Assembly: GCA_964568955.1 (NCBI GenBank) | Contig: CAZMSM010000001.1 | Coordinates: forward strand, 20,662-84,661 | Direction of reading: 5' to 3' | DNA: 64,000 nucleotides | Source: an uncultured Eubacteriales bacterium | GTDB taxonomy: Bacteria; Bacillota; Clostridia; Oscillospirales; Acutalibacteraceae | Part shown: piece by piece, positions 1 through 9,475 of the stretch | Layout: every line of letters starts with the position of its first letter | Position numbering within the stretch: position 1 is the first letter of the stretch | Program-made: the position numbers and the translations under genes | The notes under the pieces: model-generated | The model's input: only the letters and a program-made list of their open reading frames with translations | Database searches by the model: none | Told to the model about the DNA's origin: nothing

Positions 1-1
1 C

Positions 2-925
2 TACGGGCCGGAAGCCTCCGGTAAAACAACACTTGCTTTGCATTGCGTTGCAGAGGCACAAAAGCTTGGCGGGGAAGCCGCTTTTATTGATGCCGAGCAT
101 GCGCTTGATCCCTTGTATGCGGGGAATTTGGGTGTTGATGTTGACTCCCTGCTTGTTTCCCAGCCGGACAACGGCGAGCAAGCGTTGGAAATAGCGGAAG
201 CCCTGGTGCGCTCGGGCGCAGTAGACATTATCGTTATCGACTCCGTTGCCGCTCTTGTTCCCCGTGCGGAAATTGAGGGCGAAATGGGGGATTCCCATGT
301 GGGGCTACATGCAAGGCTGATGTCACAGGCACTGCGTAAACTTGCCGGCGCCATTGCAAAATCCAATACCATCATTGTTTTTATCAACCAACTGCGCGAA
401 AAAATAGGTATTTCCTACGGTAGTCCGGAGGTAACAACGGGCGGTCGTGCACTTAAATTTTATTCTTCAATAAGGATTGACGTGCGCCGTATCGAGCAAC
501 TCAAGGGGCCTAACAATGAATTTATCGGTTCCAGAACCAGAGCTAAAGTTGTAAAAAATAAAGTTTCCCCACCGTTTAAAGAGGGGGAGTTTGACATTAT
601 GTACGGATTAGGCATTTCAAAAGAAGGTGAAATTCTTGATTTGGGCGTAAAATTAGATATAATAAAGAAAAGCGGTTCATGGTTTTCTTATGGTGAGACG
701 AGGCTTGGTCAAGGGCGAGACAATGTCAAAGATTATTTCCGACAAAATCCGGACCTTGCGAGCGATATAGAGACCCAAATCAGAGATAATGCAGCGGAAG
801 TTGTGCGCCTGAGTAAGAAAAAGATTGAAAGAGCGGCGGCACCTGTGAAAGCAGAGCCTGTGCGTGAAGAAACGACGAAAGCCAGTGCCAGAGCGAAGCT
901 CGACATAGCCGTGGATGATGACTAA
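2..925 (+). CDS. recA: Recombinase RecA (5' end lies outside the window)
   Basis: The frame is open from base 2 and reads [13 protein letters not shown] (Walker A). It continues with typical RecA sequence ([29 protein letters not shown]) and stops with TAA at 923-925. Confidence 0.97.
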   Translation, partial: YGPEASGKTTLALHCVAEAQKLGGEAAFIDAEHALDPLYAGNLGVDVDSLLVSQPDNGEQALEIAEALVRSGAVDIIVIDSVAALVPRAEIEGEMGDSHVGLHARLMSQALRKLAGAIAKSNTIIVFINQLREKIGISYGSPEVTTGGRALKFYSSIRIDVRRIEQLKGPNNEFIGSRTRAKVVKNKVSPPFKEGEFDIMYGLGISKEGEILDLGVKLDIIKKSGSWFSYGETRLGQGRDNVKDYFRQNPDLASDIETQIRDNAAEVVRLSKKKIERAAAPVKAEPVREETTKASARAKLDIAVDDD

Positions 926-978
926 GCCTTAAACAAGAGTGATTACCGCGTTTTGGTTTGGAGTGACAATTTAGTTTT

Positions 979-1605
979 ATGATAATTACAGCAAAAAAAG
1001 GCAGAGGCACTAAAATGCACCTGTTTATTGATGATGAGTACGATTTTACGGTTACTGCCGATTTTTGGTATTCTTCGCCGTTTCACTCGGGCGACCCGAT
1101 TGACGAGGGCGAACTGGCACAATTAAAAGCAAAAGCGCAAGACCGCAAAGCTTTTAACAAAGCCTTGAATATTATTTGCAGGCGTGACCACGGCGAAAGA
1201 GAACTGACGGAAAAACTTTCAAAAACGCTCGATAAAGCGTCGGCCGAAGCCGCTGTTAAAAAAGCGGTGGAGTTGGGACTGGTTAATGATGAAAATTTTG
1301 CCGAAAAATACGCGCAGGAACTCTATACCAGAAAAGGCTTTGCTCCCGCAAGAATCCGCTTAGAGCTGCTTCGTAAAGGCATCTCGCGCGACCTTGCGGA
1401 TGAAGTGGCCGATGGCATAGAGTTTAATCCACAGGAACGAATTGTCGAGCTACTCAGCAGCAACCGCTTTGCGCGGCAAATTTTGGATGAAAAGGGTAGA
1501 GAACGCACCTGCAATGCCCTTGCACGCCTTGGGTACAGCTATTCGGATATCCGATCAGCGATGAGGGAAATTGACATAGAAGTACCGGATGACGAAAACG
1601 AATAA
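979..1605 (+). CDS. recX: RecA regulator RecX
   Basis: It lies immediately downstream of recA. The N-terminus (ITAKKGRGTKMHLFIDDEYDF) and the three-repeat helical pattern (RRDHGERELTEKL...) are typical of Firmicutes RecX. Confidence 0.85.
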   Translation: MIITAKKGRGTKMHLFIDDEYDFTVTADFWYSSPFHSGDPIDEGELAQLKAKAQDRKAFNKALNIICRRDHGERELTEKLSKTLDKASAEAAVKKAVELGLVNDENFAEKYAQELYTRKGFAPARIRLELLRKGISRDLADEVADGIEFNPQERIVELLSSNRFARQILDEKGRERTCNALARLGYSYSDIRSAMREIDIEVPDDENE

Positions 1606-1664
1606 CCCTCATTAACATTTGGGTAATTGATAAAATATAAATTTTGCACGAAGGCGGGGGTTTT

Positions 1665-2993
1665 ATGCCTTACAGAATCGGATTAATATCATTGGGATGT
1701 TCCAAAAACCAGGTGGATGCGGAGATTATGCTTGCGGCACTTGTTGATGACAGTTTTGAAATCGTCGATTATTTGGATGGAGCGGACGCCGTTATCATCA
1801 ACACCTGCGGGTTTATTGACGATGCAAAAAGGGAATCGATAGAAAACATCCTTGAAGTTGTTCAGCTGAAAAACGACGAAACCGTTGGCTCGATTATCGT
1901 GACCGGCTGCCTTTCGCAACTTGTTAAAGACGAGATTTTTGAAGAAATTCCGGAAGTGGATGCCGTCTTTGGGATAGGAGCAAATGCAGAGATAGCCGCT
2001 TTGGTCCGCAGTGTGATTGAAGGCGAAAAGCTGTCACTTTTTCCTTCACGAAAAAAATTACCCTTAAACGGAGACAGAGTTTTAACAACACCGGAGTATT
2101 GGGCCTATTTAAGGGTAGCCGATGGCTGCTCAAACTGTTGCAGTTATTGTACGATTCCCACCATCCGCGGTGGGTTTAAGAGCCGTGAGATAGAAGAACT
2201 CCTTGATGAGGCAAAATGTTTGGCTGAAAAAGGCGTAAAAGAATTAATCTTGATCGCCCAGGATACGACAAGTTACGGGATGGATATTTACGGACGGCTT
2301 GCTTTGCCCGAACTGCTTGACAAATTGAGCGAAATTCAGGGCATTGAATGGCTACGCCTGATGTATTGCTACCCGGACAAAGTCACGGATGAACTCATTG
2401 AAACAATCTCTACAAATCCAAAAGTTTTGCATTATATTGACTTGCCCATTCAGCATATCGACGACAGTATTTTAAAAGCAATGAACCGCAAAACCTCCGC
2501 TGAAGAAATCAAAAGATTAATTCAGAAAATGCGCACCGACATACCGGATATGGTTATCAGAACAACCGTTATTACCGGCTTCCCCGGTGAAGGTGAAAAA
2601 GAGTTTGAAAATCTTGCAGTCTTTTTGAAAGAAGCCGCATTTGACCGTCTCGGCTGCTTCACTTTTTCGCCGCAAGTCGGAACACTTGCTTTCAGCATGC
2701 CCGAGCAAGTGGACGAAGAAACAGGCAAACACCGCGCTGAACTCATTATGCAAGACCAATATGAAACGATGAACGCAGCAAATGAAAAACACGTGGGCAA
2801 AATATTTGAAGTTCTTGTTGAAGGGTATGATAATTATACAGACAGTTATTATGGCCGCTCGTATATGGACGCCCCGGAAATAGATTCTTCTGTACTGTTT
2901 ACATCATCGGAAAGCCTTGACGAAGGGGATTTCGTTGATGTCGAAATTTTTGGCGTATCAGACTATGACCTCTTGGGCCAAGTGGTAGAATAA
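1665..2993 (+). CDS. rimO: Ribosomal protein S12 methylthiotransferase RimO (radical SAM, MTTase family)
   Basis: N-terminal MTTase domain (LGCSKNQVD), radical-SAM motif CSNCCSYC and a C-terminal TRAM-like domain. I chose the ATG at 1665 because it follows AAGGCGGGGG; the ORF track starts at 1644. Confidence 0.9.
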   Translation: MPYRIGLISLGCSKNQVDAEIMLAALVDDSFEIVDYLDGADAVIINTCGFIDDAKRESIENILEVVQLKNDETVGSIIVTGCLSQLVKDEIFEEIPEVDAVFGIGANAEIAALVRSVIEGEKLSLFPSRKKLPLNGDRVLTTPEYWAYLRVADGCSNCCSYCTIPTIRGGFKSREIEELLDEAKCLAEKGVKELILIAQDTTSYGMDIYGRLALPELLDKLSEIQGIEWLRLMYCYPDKVTDELIETISTNPKVLHYIDLPIQHIDDSILKAMNRKTSAEEIKRLIQKMRTDIPDMVIRTTVITGFPGEGEKEFENLAVFLKEAAFDRLGCFTFSPQVGTLAFSMPEQVDEETGKHRAELIMQDQYETMNAANEKHVGKIFEVLVEGYDNYTDSYYGRSYMDAPEIDSSVLFTSSESLDEGDFVDVEIFGVSDYDLLGQVVE

Positions 2994-3021
2994 AAAAAAT
3001 TAAGGGAAGGGTGATTTTTCT

Positions 3022-3594
3022 TTGAATACACCCAACAAATTGACGATTTCACGCATGCTAATGACGCCTGTGTTTTTAGCCGTTATTCTATGGGATATAC
3101 CGCATCGTTTCTTGTTTGCCGTTATTGTGTTTTCAATCGCGGCTATTACCGACGCCATTGACGGCAAATTAGCGCGCAAACGCAACGAGATAACGGTTTT
3201 TGGCAAATTGCTGGACCCTGTTGCCGACAAAATGCTCACAACGGCTGCCTTGCTTGCCTTTATGTATCTTGGTTTGTGTAATGTTTGGATTGTTTTTATT
3301 GTTCTTACGAGAGAATTTATCGTAACCTCTATCAGGCTTATTGCTTTATCGCAAGGCATTGTAATACCTGCTAATATTTGGGGCAAACTCAAAACTGTCA
3401 GTCAAATGACTTTTACGATTTTAATCATGTTGCTTGCGGAACTTGACGAAATATTTGACCTATTTACGAAGAGCATACCGTTTGAATTCACTTTGTTGTC
3501 TAACATACTTCTTGGCATAACGGCATTTTTCACCGCCGTTTCGGGTGTCATATATGTGATGCAAAGTCGAAAGTTAATTGATTATACCAAATGA
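3022..3594 (+). CDS. pgsA: CDP-diacylglycerol--glycerol-3-phosphate 3-phosphatidyltransferase
   Basis: CDP-alcohol phosphatidyltransferase motif DAIDGKLARK...G..LDPVADK, a multi-TM profile, and a TTG start. Confidence 0.9.
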   Translation: MNTPNKLTISRMLMTPVFLAVILWDIPHRFLFAVIVFSIAAITDAIDGKLARKRNEITVFGKLLDPVADKMLTTAALLAFMYLGLCNVWIVFIVLTREFIVTSIRLIALSQGIVIPANIWGKLKTVSQMTFTILIMLLAELDEIFDLFTKSIPFEFTLLSNILLGITAFFTAVSGVIYVMQSRKLIDYTK

Positions 3595-3699
3595 GCCATC
3601 GATAAAGGTTGACTGACGGCATAAGCTAAAAATCATAAATTTCGTTGAAATAGGGTGCATTTTCGTTCTCTATAGGTTATAATATAAAAAATGTTTTAT

Positions 3700-3930
3700 T
3701 AAATGCATTCAACGAGAGAAGTAATCGGCAAAACACGCAGCAGAGAGGGGATTGCTTGCTGAAAAATCCCTTGCGTATAACCGGTGAAATGCACTCGCTG
3801 GCAATCGGGGGGAAAAGGATTTGAGTATCCCCGGGCGGATGGCACCGTTATCGCCAAAAAGTTATAAACCGGAGTGGGACCGCGTTCAATCGCCTCCGCC
3901 GCCTGTAAAGGCGGTGCGGGGTTAATTTTA
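3700..3930 (+). promoter_or_regulatory. T-box riboswitch leader with a cysteine (UGC) specifier, ending in an intrinsic terminator
   Basis: The AG-bulge-like AGCAGAGAG lies at about 3740. GAA-UGC-A in the specifier position puts UGC at 3790-3792. The T-box core GGAGTGGGACCGCG lies at about 3871-3884. It is followed by the terminator CCUCCGCCGCC-UGUAAA-GGCGGUGCGGGG plus UUAAUUUUA (about 3893-3930). A possible -10 element (TATAAT) sits at 3678-3683. The leader is directly upstream of cysE-cysS, the classic Firmicutes arrangement. Confidence 0.8.
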
Positions 3931-3945
3931 TGGAGGTGGAGCATT

Positions 3946-4596
3946 ATGTTTAAACGATTGCGTGAAGATATTGCTTGTGTTCAAATGAGAGACCCCGCAG
4001 CGCGCTCCGCAATTGAAGTATTTTTGCTTTACCCCGGGCTTAAGGCTATCAGAGCCCATCGAAAGGCTTTCTGGTGCTTTAACCACAGGCTGTTTTTCCT
4101 TGCCCGTTGGATATCACAAAGGGCCGCAAGAAGGACGGGGATAGAAATCCATCCCGCAGCGCAAATCGGTCATCGTTTGTTTATTGACCACGGCAACGGT
4201 GTGGTTATTGGGGAAACCGTGGTTATCGGTGACGATGTGACGATTTACCAAGGCGTTACCTTGGGCGGTACAGGGAAAGACACCGGCAAACGACATCCGA
4301 CCATAGGCAACCATGTAACAATTGGAACAGGTGCTAAAATATTGGGGCCGTTTAAAGTTGGGGACAATTCCGTTATTGCCGCAGGGGCCGTCGTTTTGCA
4401 AGAAATCCCACCGAATTCAACGGCTGTCGGTGTACCGGCAAGGGTTGTCAAGCGCAATGGCCAAAGAATTGATGAGCTTGACCAAGTTCATATACCGGAC
4501 CCTGTAGCACAGGAGTTTAACAAGCTGATAGTAAGAATAGAACATCTTGAAAGAAAATTGAACATAGCGGAGGAAAATGAAAATGCGAATTTATAA
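3946..4596 (+). CDS. cysE: Serine O-acetyltransferase
   Basis: Left-handed beta-helix hexapeptide repeats (GIEIHPAAQIG, FIDHGNGVVIGETVVIGDDVTIYQGVTLGG) and the SATase N-terminal motif (DPAARS). The ATG at 3946 follows GGAGGTGGAG. Confidence 0.9.
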   Translation: MFKRLREDIACVQMRDPAARSAIEVFLLYPGLKAIRAHRKAFWCFNHRLFFLARWISQRAARRTGIEIHPAAQIGHRLFIDHGNGVVIGETVVIGDDVTIYQGVTLGGTGKDTGKRHPTIGNHVTIGTGAKILGPFKVGDNSVIAAGAVVLQEIPPNSTAVGVPARVVKRNGQRIDELDQVHIPDPVAQEFNKLIVRIEHLERKLNIAEENENANL

Positions 4597-5983
4597 CACA
4601 TTGACTCGAACAAGAGAAGAACTTAAAACGATCACCGACGGACAGGTTAAAATATACGCTTGTGGCCCGACGGTTTACAATTATTTTCATATCGGCAACG
4701 CCAGACCCTTGTGCGTGTTTGACATTTTGCGCCGTTATTTGGAGTACAGGGGTTATAAAGTAACCTTCGTGCAAAACTTTACGGATATTGACGATAAGAT
4801 TATAAAAAGCGCAAATGAAGAAGGCCTGCTGTTTAGCGAAATAGCAGAAAAATTTATTCAAGAATATTGGAAAGACGCAAAAGGGCTCAATATCCGCGAG
4901 GCCACCTTTCACCCCAAGGCAACCGACAATATTAATGAAATGATTGATATTATTTCCACACTGATTGAAAAGGGTTGCGCCTACGAGGTAGAAGGCGATG
5001 TCTACTTTAGTCCATCCAAATTCGATGAGTATGGCAAGCTGTCCCAGCAGCAAATGGAAGACTTAGAGTCGGGCGCACGTATCATGACGGGCGATGTCAA
5101 GCGCGAACCGATGGACTTCGCTCTTTGGAAGAGCGCAAAACCGGACGAGCCTTTTTGGGAATCACCCTGGGGGCAAGGCAGACCGGGCTGGCATATTGAG
5201 TGTTCGGCCATGGCAAGGCGTTATTTAGGGGAAACGATTGACATTCACTGTGGTGGGCAGGACTTGATTTTCCCCCATCATGAAAATGAGATTGCGCAAA
5301 GTGAGTGCTGCAACGGTGTGCCTTTTGCGAATTATTGGATGCACAACGGGTATATCAATGTGGATAACCAAAAGATGTCAAAGTCTGTCGGCAACTTTTT
5401 CACCGTGCGCGACGTGGCTGAAAAATATGGCTACGAACCGATTCGTTATTTAATGATTTCATCACACTATAGGAGCCCTGTCAACTATAGTTATGACGTT
5501 ATTGAGCAAAGCAAAGCGTCCCTCAATCGGCTGTACACATGCCGAGAAAATTTAGATTTTGCTGAAAAGAACGCGCCTGAAACGGTGGCAGATTCCGAAA
5601 CCGAACTGCAAAACCTGCTCGACAGCAGACGCGTACAATTTATTGAAGCAATGGACGATGACCTGAACACCGCCGATGGCCTTGCGGCTATTTTTGAGCT
5701 TGTTAGGGACATTAATACGCAGGTTATCGACAACAGAGCGTCTAAACAAACATGCCGCTATGCGATGCAGGTTTTTGATGAGTTGTGCGAAGTGCTTGGT
5801 TTATTGTACAATCGTACTATCGGCAGCATTGATGAAAAAGTGGAAGCGCTCATACAAGCCAGAACAGCAGCGCGCGACGCGAAGAACTGGGCAGAGGCTG
5901 ACAGAATCAGGGATGAACTCAAAGAGATGGGCATTACACTTGAAGACACCGCCCAGGGGATCAAATGGCACCAAGAAAACTAA
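4583..5983 (+). CDS. cysS: Cysteinyl-tRNA synthetase
   Basis: Class I signatures HIGN (YFHIGNARP) and KMSKS. The start is set at the second ATG, which lies 8 nt after GGAGGA. The gene overlaps the end of cysE. Confidence 0.95.
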   Translation: MRIYNTLTRTREELKTITDGQVKIYACGPTVYNYFHIGNARPLCVFDILRRYLEYRGYKVTFVQNFTDIDDKIIKSANEEGLLFSEIAEKFIQEYWKDAKGLNIREATFHPKATDNINEMIDIISTLIEKGCAYEVEGDVYFSPSKFDEYGKLSQQQMEDLESGARIMTGDVKREPMDFALWKSAKPDEPFWESPWGQGRPGWHIECSAMARRYLGETIDIHCGGQDLIFPHHENEIAQSECCNGVPFANYWMHNGYINVDNQKMSKSVGNFFTVRDVAEKYGYEPIRYLMISSHYRSPVNYSYDVIEQSKASLNRLYTCRENLDFAEKNAPETVADSETELQNLLDSRRVQFIEAMDDDLNTADGLAAIFELVRDINTQVIDNRASKQTCRYAMQVFDELCEVLGLLYNRTIGSIDEKVEALIQARTAARDAKNWAEADRIRDELKEMGITLEDTAQGIKWHQEN

Positions 5984-6023
5984 GCAGGTTTTGAACCGAG
6001 CACGTTGCGAAAGGAACAAGGGA

Positions 6024-6908
6024 ATGAAAAACGCATTTAATAATTATCACCCTTTTGTTGCTTTTTTGCCTTTTGCCGCCGCTATCGTTTTTGCGATGCT
6101 CAGTTTTCACCCGGTGTATTCGGCTATATCCCTATTTTGCTCCATCGTTACGGCCTTAAAAATCAATGGGTTAAAAGCACTGCGGCTTGCTCTTCGGTTT
6201 TGTTTACCAATTTTTATATTGACTGTTGCTATCAATACCGCTTTTAATAATAATGGAATGACGGTTATGTTTTATGTCGGTGACCGTCCGATTCTTTATG
6301 AAGGGTTGCTGTTTGGTCTTTGTTCGGCCGCGGCACTCAGTTCCGTCTTGCTGTGGTTTTCCTGTTATTCCACCATTATCGACAGTGAAAAATTTCTCTT
6401 CCTTACAAGCCGCATTTCGCCGACCGCTGCTTTACTCGTGTCGATGACGTTGGGGCAAATAACCCTTATGCGAAGAAAAATCGAAAAAATTGACGATGCG
6501 CAAAAAGGCATTTACGGCGAAGAGCGCAAGGGGTTTAAGCAAAAGCTCAGGCTTGCAATGCTAAAAATATCCGTTTTGCTCAGCTGGTCGATGGAAGATT
6601 CTGTTCAGACGGCCGACTCTATGCATGCCCGCGGGTATGGTACAGGTAGAATGACCAAAATGAATCCCTATATGTTTAGCAGAAAAGATTATCGGCTTTT
6701 GTCCGTATTCGTTTTGTTGTTGGTTCCGACGCTAGTTTTTATTGTTGCGGGCAAAGCGGCATTTATGTTTTACCCGGTAACGGAATCTGTCAAATTTGAT
6801 ACGACATCTGTTATGGCGTATCTTTTCTATTTTGCTTTACTCATCTTGCCTTTACTTGTTGAAATGAAGGGGGCCGTTAAATGGCATTATTACATATCAA
6901 GGATTTAA
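6024..6908 (+). CDS. ecfT: ECF transporter transmembrane (T) component, EcfT/CbiQ family
   Basis: Polytopic membrane protein with CbiQ-like features placed upstream of the ATPase gene. The ORF-track start at 5676 would overlap cysS, so I used the ATG at 6024, which follows AAGGAACAAGGGA. Confidence 0.75.
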   Translation: MKNAFNNYHPFVAFLPFAAAIVFAMLSFHPVYSAISLFCSIVTALKINGLKALRLALRFCLPIFILTVAINTAFNNNGMTVMFYVGDRPILYEGLLFGLCSAAALSSVLLWFSCYSTIIDSEKFLFLTSRISPTAALLVSMTLGQITLMRRKIEKIDDAQKGIYGEERKGFKQKLRLAMLKISVLLSWSMEDSVQTADSMHARGYGTGRMTKMNPYMFSRKDYRLLSVFVLLLVPTLVFIVAGKAAFMFYPVTESVKFDTTSVMAYLFYFALLILPLLVEMKGAVKWHYYISRI

Positions 6909-8671
6909 ACTTTTCCTACCCAAATGAAACGGCCAAAGCCTTACTAAACATAAATCTCGAAGTGCAAAAAGGCGAATTTCTACTGCTTTGCGGCCCGTCC
7001 GGATGTGGAAAAACGACTCTTTTACGGCATATAAAACCCTTCCTTGAGCCGGTAGGGGAAAAAAGCGGTACGATTTTCTTTAATAGCGTTGAAACGGGTC
7101 AGATAGAAGAACGAGAAGCAGCTGCAAGAATCGGGTTAATTATGCAAAACCCTGAAAGCCAAATTGTCACTGAAACGGTAAGGCATGAATTGGCGTTTGG
7201 GCTTGAGTGTCTCGGCGTTCACCCGCCGCTTATCGCAAAAAGAGTTGCCGAAACGGTGTCCTATTTCGGTCTCGAAGAATTATACAACAAAAAGAACAAC
7301 GAGCTTTCAGGCGGGGAAAAACAACTTATCAGCATTGCTGCTATCATGTCCATGCGCCCTGAGCTGATTTTGCTTGACGAGCCGGCCTCTCAGCTTGACC
7401 CGATAGCTGCCCGCAACCTTTATGATATGCTGCTACGTTTGAACACGGAGCTTGGCATAACGGTTATTTTATCCGAACATAGAATTGACGATGTTTTTGC
7501 AATTGCAGACCGAGTTATTGTGATGAACAAAGGGGCGCTTGTTTGTCAAAACACCCCCAAGCAAGCAGCGTTTTTCATGACGGAAACAGCCGATGAAAAA
7601 GTCGGGGCTATGCTGCCCATACCTGCAAAAATATACAGAGATATTTCTTCTTTAGTCGAAACGAACGAAATCGAACCGTTGCCAACGGTTGCGACATCGT
7701 TTGTGGCCGGAGAAATTCCCGTAACCGTGCGGGATGTAAAACCGTGGTTTGAAGCCATGGCGAAAAAACATCTGCATGATCCCTCGAAAAACAATGAACC
7801 GTCAGTTGTTGCCGGTCAAAGAATGAATGATACCAAGAGCATAAAAAATAAAGTTAAACACCGAGCAGATGACTTTATCTGTTTAGACTCTCTGTTTTTT
7901 CGCTTTGAGAAAAACTCGGACGACGTGATTCGAAATTTATCTTTAAAAATTAATAAAGGCGAAATTCTTAGTGTGGTTGGCGGTAACGGAGCCGGGAAAA
8001 CAACTTTGCTTCGCTTAATCTGTGGGATAATAAAACCATACAGCGGTAAAATAAAGTTGCCCGCAAACGGGGTGAACATTGTTTATCTGCCTCAAAACCC
8101 GCAAAGTATGTTTGCCTATGACACGGTACTTGAAGATTTACAAAATGTCGAAGGCGGCTTGACCGGCACACAGCGGTTTTTAAAATCAACAGGACTTACC
8201 GCTGCAAAGGACAGTGTAATTTCCCCTAAACTACAATCAATCATAGATAGGCTCGACATACACGCAATCATCCGTAAGCATCCGTTCGATTTGAGCTTCG
8301 GCGAACTTCAAAGGGCGGCTTTGGCAATGTTGCTTTTAAAAACGCCGAGTGTCCTTTTGCTGGATGAGCCTACAAAAGGTTTGGATATGCTCACCAAAGA
8401 AAAAATCGCCCAATTATTGAAGTCGCTTTGTGATGAGGGTTTAACGGTTGTGGCCGTCACCCACGATATTGAGTTTGCTGCGGAATATTCGCACAGCTGT
8501 GCGATGCTGTTTGACGGTAGGATTTTGAATGTTGAAACGCCCGAACAGTTTTTCAGCGGCAATATGAGTTACACGACGGTTGCGCATAGAATTGCCGGCA
8601 ATATATTTACTAAAACAATTACCAGCGAGGAAGTGAAGACGAAGTGGAAAGAATACGCAACAAAACACTGA
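6881..8671 (+). CDS. ECF transporter fused double ATPase (EcfA-EcfA')
   Basis: Two ABC cassettes are present: Walker A motifs GPSGCGKTT and GGNGAGKTT, signature motifs LSGGEKQ and LSFGELQ, and Walker B motifs LILLDEP and VLLLDEP. It overlaps the T gene by 28 nt. Confidence 0.9.
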   Translation: MALLHIKDLNFSYPNETAKALLNINLEVQKGEFLLLCGPSGCGKTTLLRHIKPFLEPVGEKSGTIFFNSVETGQIEEREAAARIGLIMQNPESQIVTETVRHELAFGLECLGVHPPLIAKRVAETVSYFGLEELYNKKNNELSGGEKQLISIAAIMSMRPELILLDEPASQLDPIAARNLYDMLLRLNTELGITVILSEHRIDDVFAIADRVIVMNKGALVCQNTPKQAAFFMTETADEKVGAMLPIPAKIYRDISSLVETNEIEPLPTVATSFVAGEIPVTVRDVKPWFEAMAKKHLHDPSKNNEPSVVAGQRMNDTKSIKNKVKHRADDFICLDSLFFRFEKNSDDVIRNLSLKINKGEILSVVGGNGAGKTTLLRLICGIIKPYSGKIKLPANGVNIVYLPQNPQSMFAYDTVLEDLQNVEGGLTGTQRFLKSTGLTAAKDSVISPKLQSIIDRLDIHAIIRKHPFDLSFGELQRAALAMLLLKTPSVLLLDEPTKGLDMLTKEKIAQLLKSLCDEGLTVVAVTHDIEFAAEYSHSCAMLFDGRILNVETPEQFFSGNMSYTTVAHRIAGNIFTKTITSEEVKTKWKEYATKH

Positions 8672-9351
8672 CCAATGCAGTGACTGCCGGCGCAGTGATT
8701 GTTTGTGCGGTATTGCTTGTTTTTTATGCCTTTAAAAATAAAACAGGGTACGCGTTGATTTCCGTGGTGATCATCTCCTTGTTCATTGTTCCGTTTTTTT
8801 TAAGTTTTGAGCGGCAAAAGCCGAAGGCTAGAGATATTGTTCCGATTGCAGTGATGGCGGCCCTGGGTACCGTCAGCAGAATTGCATTTGCAATGGTTGC
8901 GGGCGTTAAACCCACTACCGCAATTGTCATTATTTCCGGTGTTGCATTCGGGCCGCAAGCCGGGTTTTTAACGGGCGCTGTCTCGGCACTTGCATCCAAC
9001 TTCTTTTTTGGTCAAGGCGCATGGACACCGTGGCAGATGCTGGCCTGGGGACTTTGCGGGCTTTTTGCAGGTATGTTTAAAAATGCAGGTGCCATCAAAG
9101 GCACCAAATCACTCATCGCATACGGCGTTTTTGCGGGCTTCATGTTTGGGTTGATTATGAATTGCTGGCATATTATTGGTTTTGTAAACCCCATTACCGT
9201 GGGGGCTATTGTAACGACTTTTGTGGCAAGTTTTTATTACGATTTGACACATGTAATTTCCACAGCACTGTTTCTTTTGTTGCTTGGCAATATGTGGCTA
9301 AAAAAGCTTGAAAGAATTAAAAGTAAATTTGGCATTATGAGGACGGCTTAA
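8644..9351 (+). CDS. Putative ECF transporter substrate-capture (S) component; substrate unknown
   Basis: A small protein of about 6 TM segments with the Gly-rich motif GPQAGFLTGAVSALASNFFFGQGAWTPWQMLAWG. It overlaps the ATPase gene by 28 nt. The GTG start is uncertain. Confidence 0.6.
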   Translation: MERIRNKTLTNAVTAGAVIVCAVLLVFYAFKNKTGYALISVVIISLFIVPFFLSFERQKPKARDIVPIAVMAALGTVSRIAFAMVAGVKPTTAIVIISGVAFGPQAGFLTGAVSALASNFFFGQGAWTPWQMLAWGLCGLFAGMFKNAGAIKGTKSLIAYGVFAGFMFGLIMNCWHIIGFVNPITVGAIVTTFVASFYYDLTHVISTALFLLLLGNMWLKKLERIKSKFGIMRTA

Positions 9352-9475
9352 AAATGCAGGAGTAAATGGCGTTGAAAAACTGCTTTTATTCGCGGTGATA
9401 CTTGTTCTTATAGACGATTTGCTTTACAATAGTTATTAATTTTACATGACTGTTTATTTCCGGAGGGGTTTTAGA

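Noticed and set aside
5676-6023. N-terminal extension of about 116 codons on the ecfT ORF, reaching back into cysS.
   Set aside because: The extension overlaps the well-supported cysS frame and translates to basic low-complexity sequence. An ATG with an SD at 6024 gives a normal-length EcfT.
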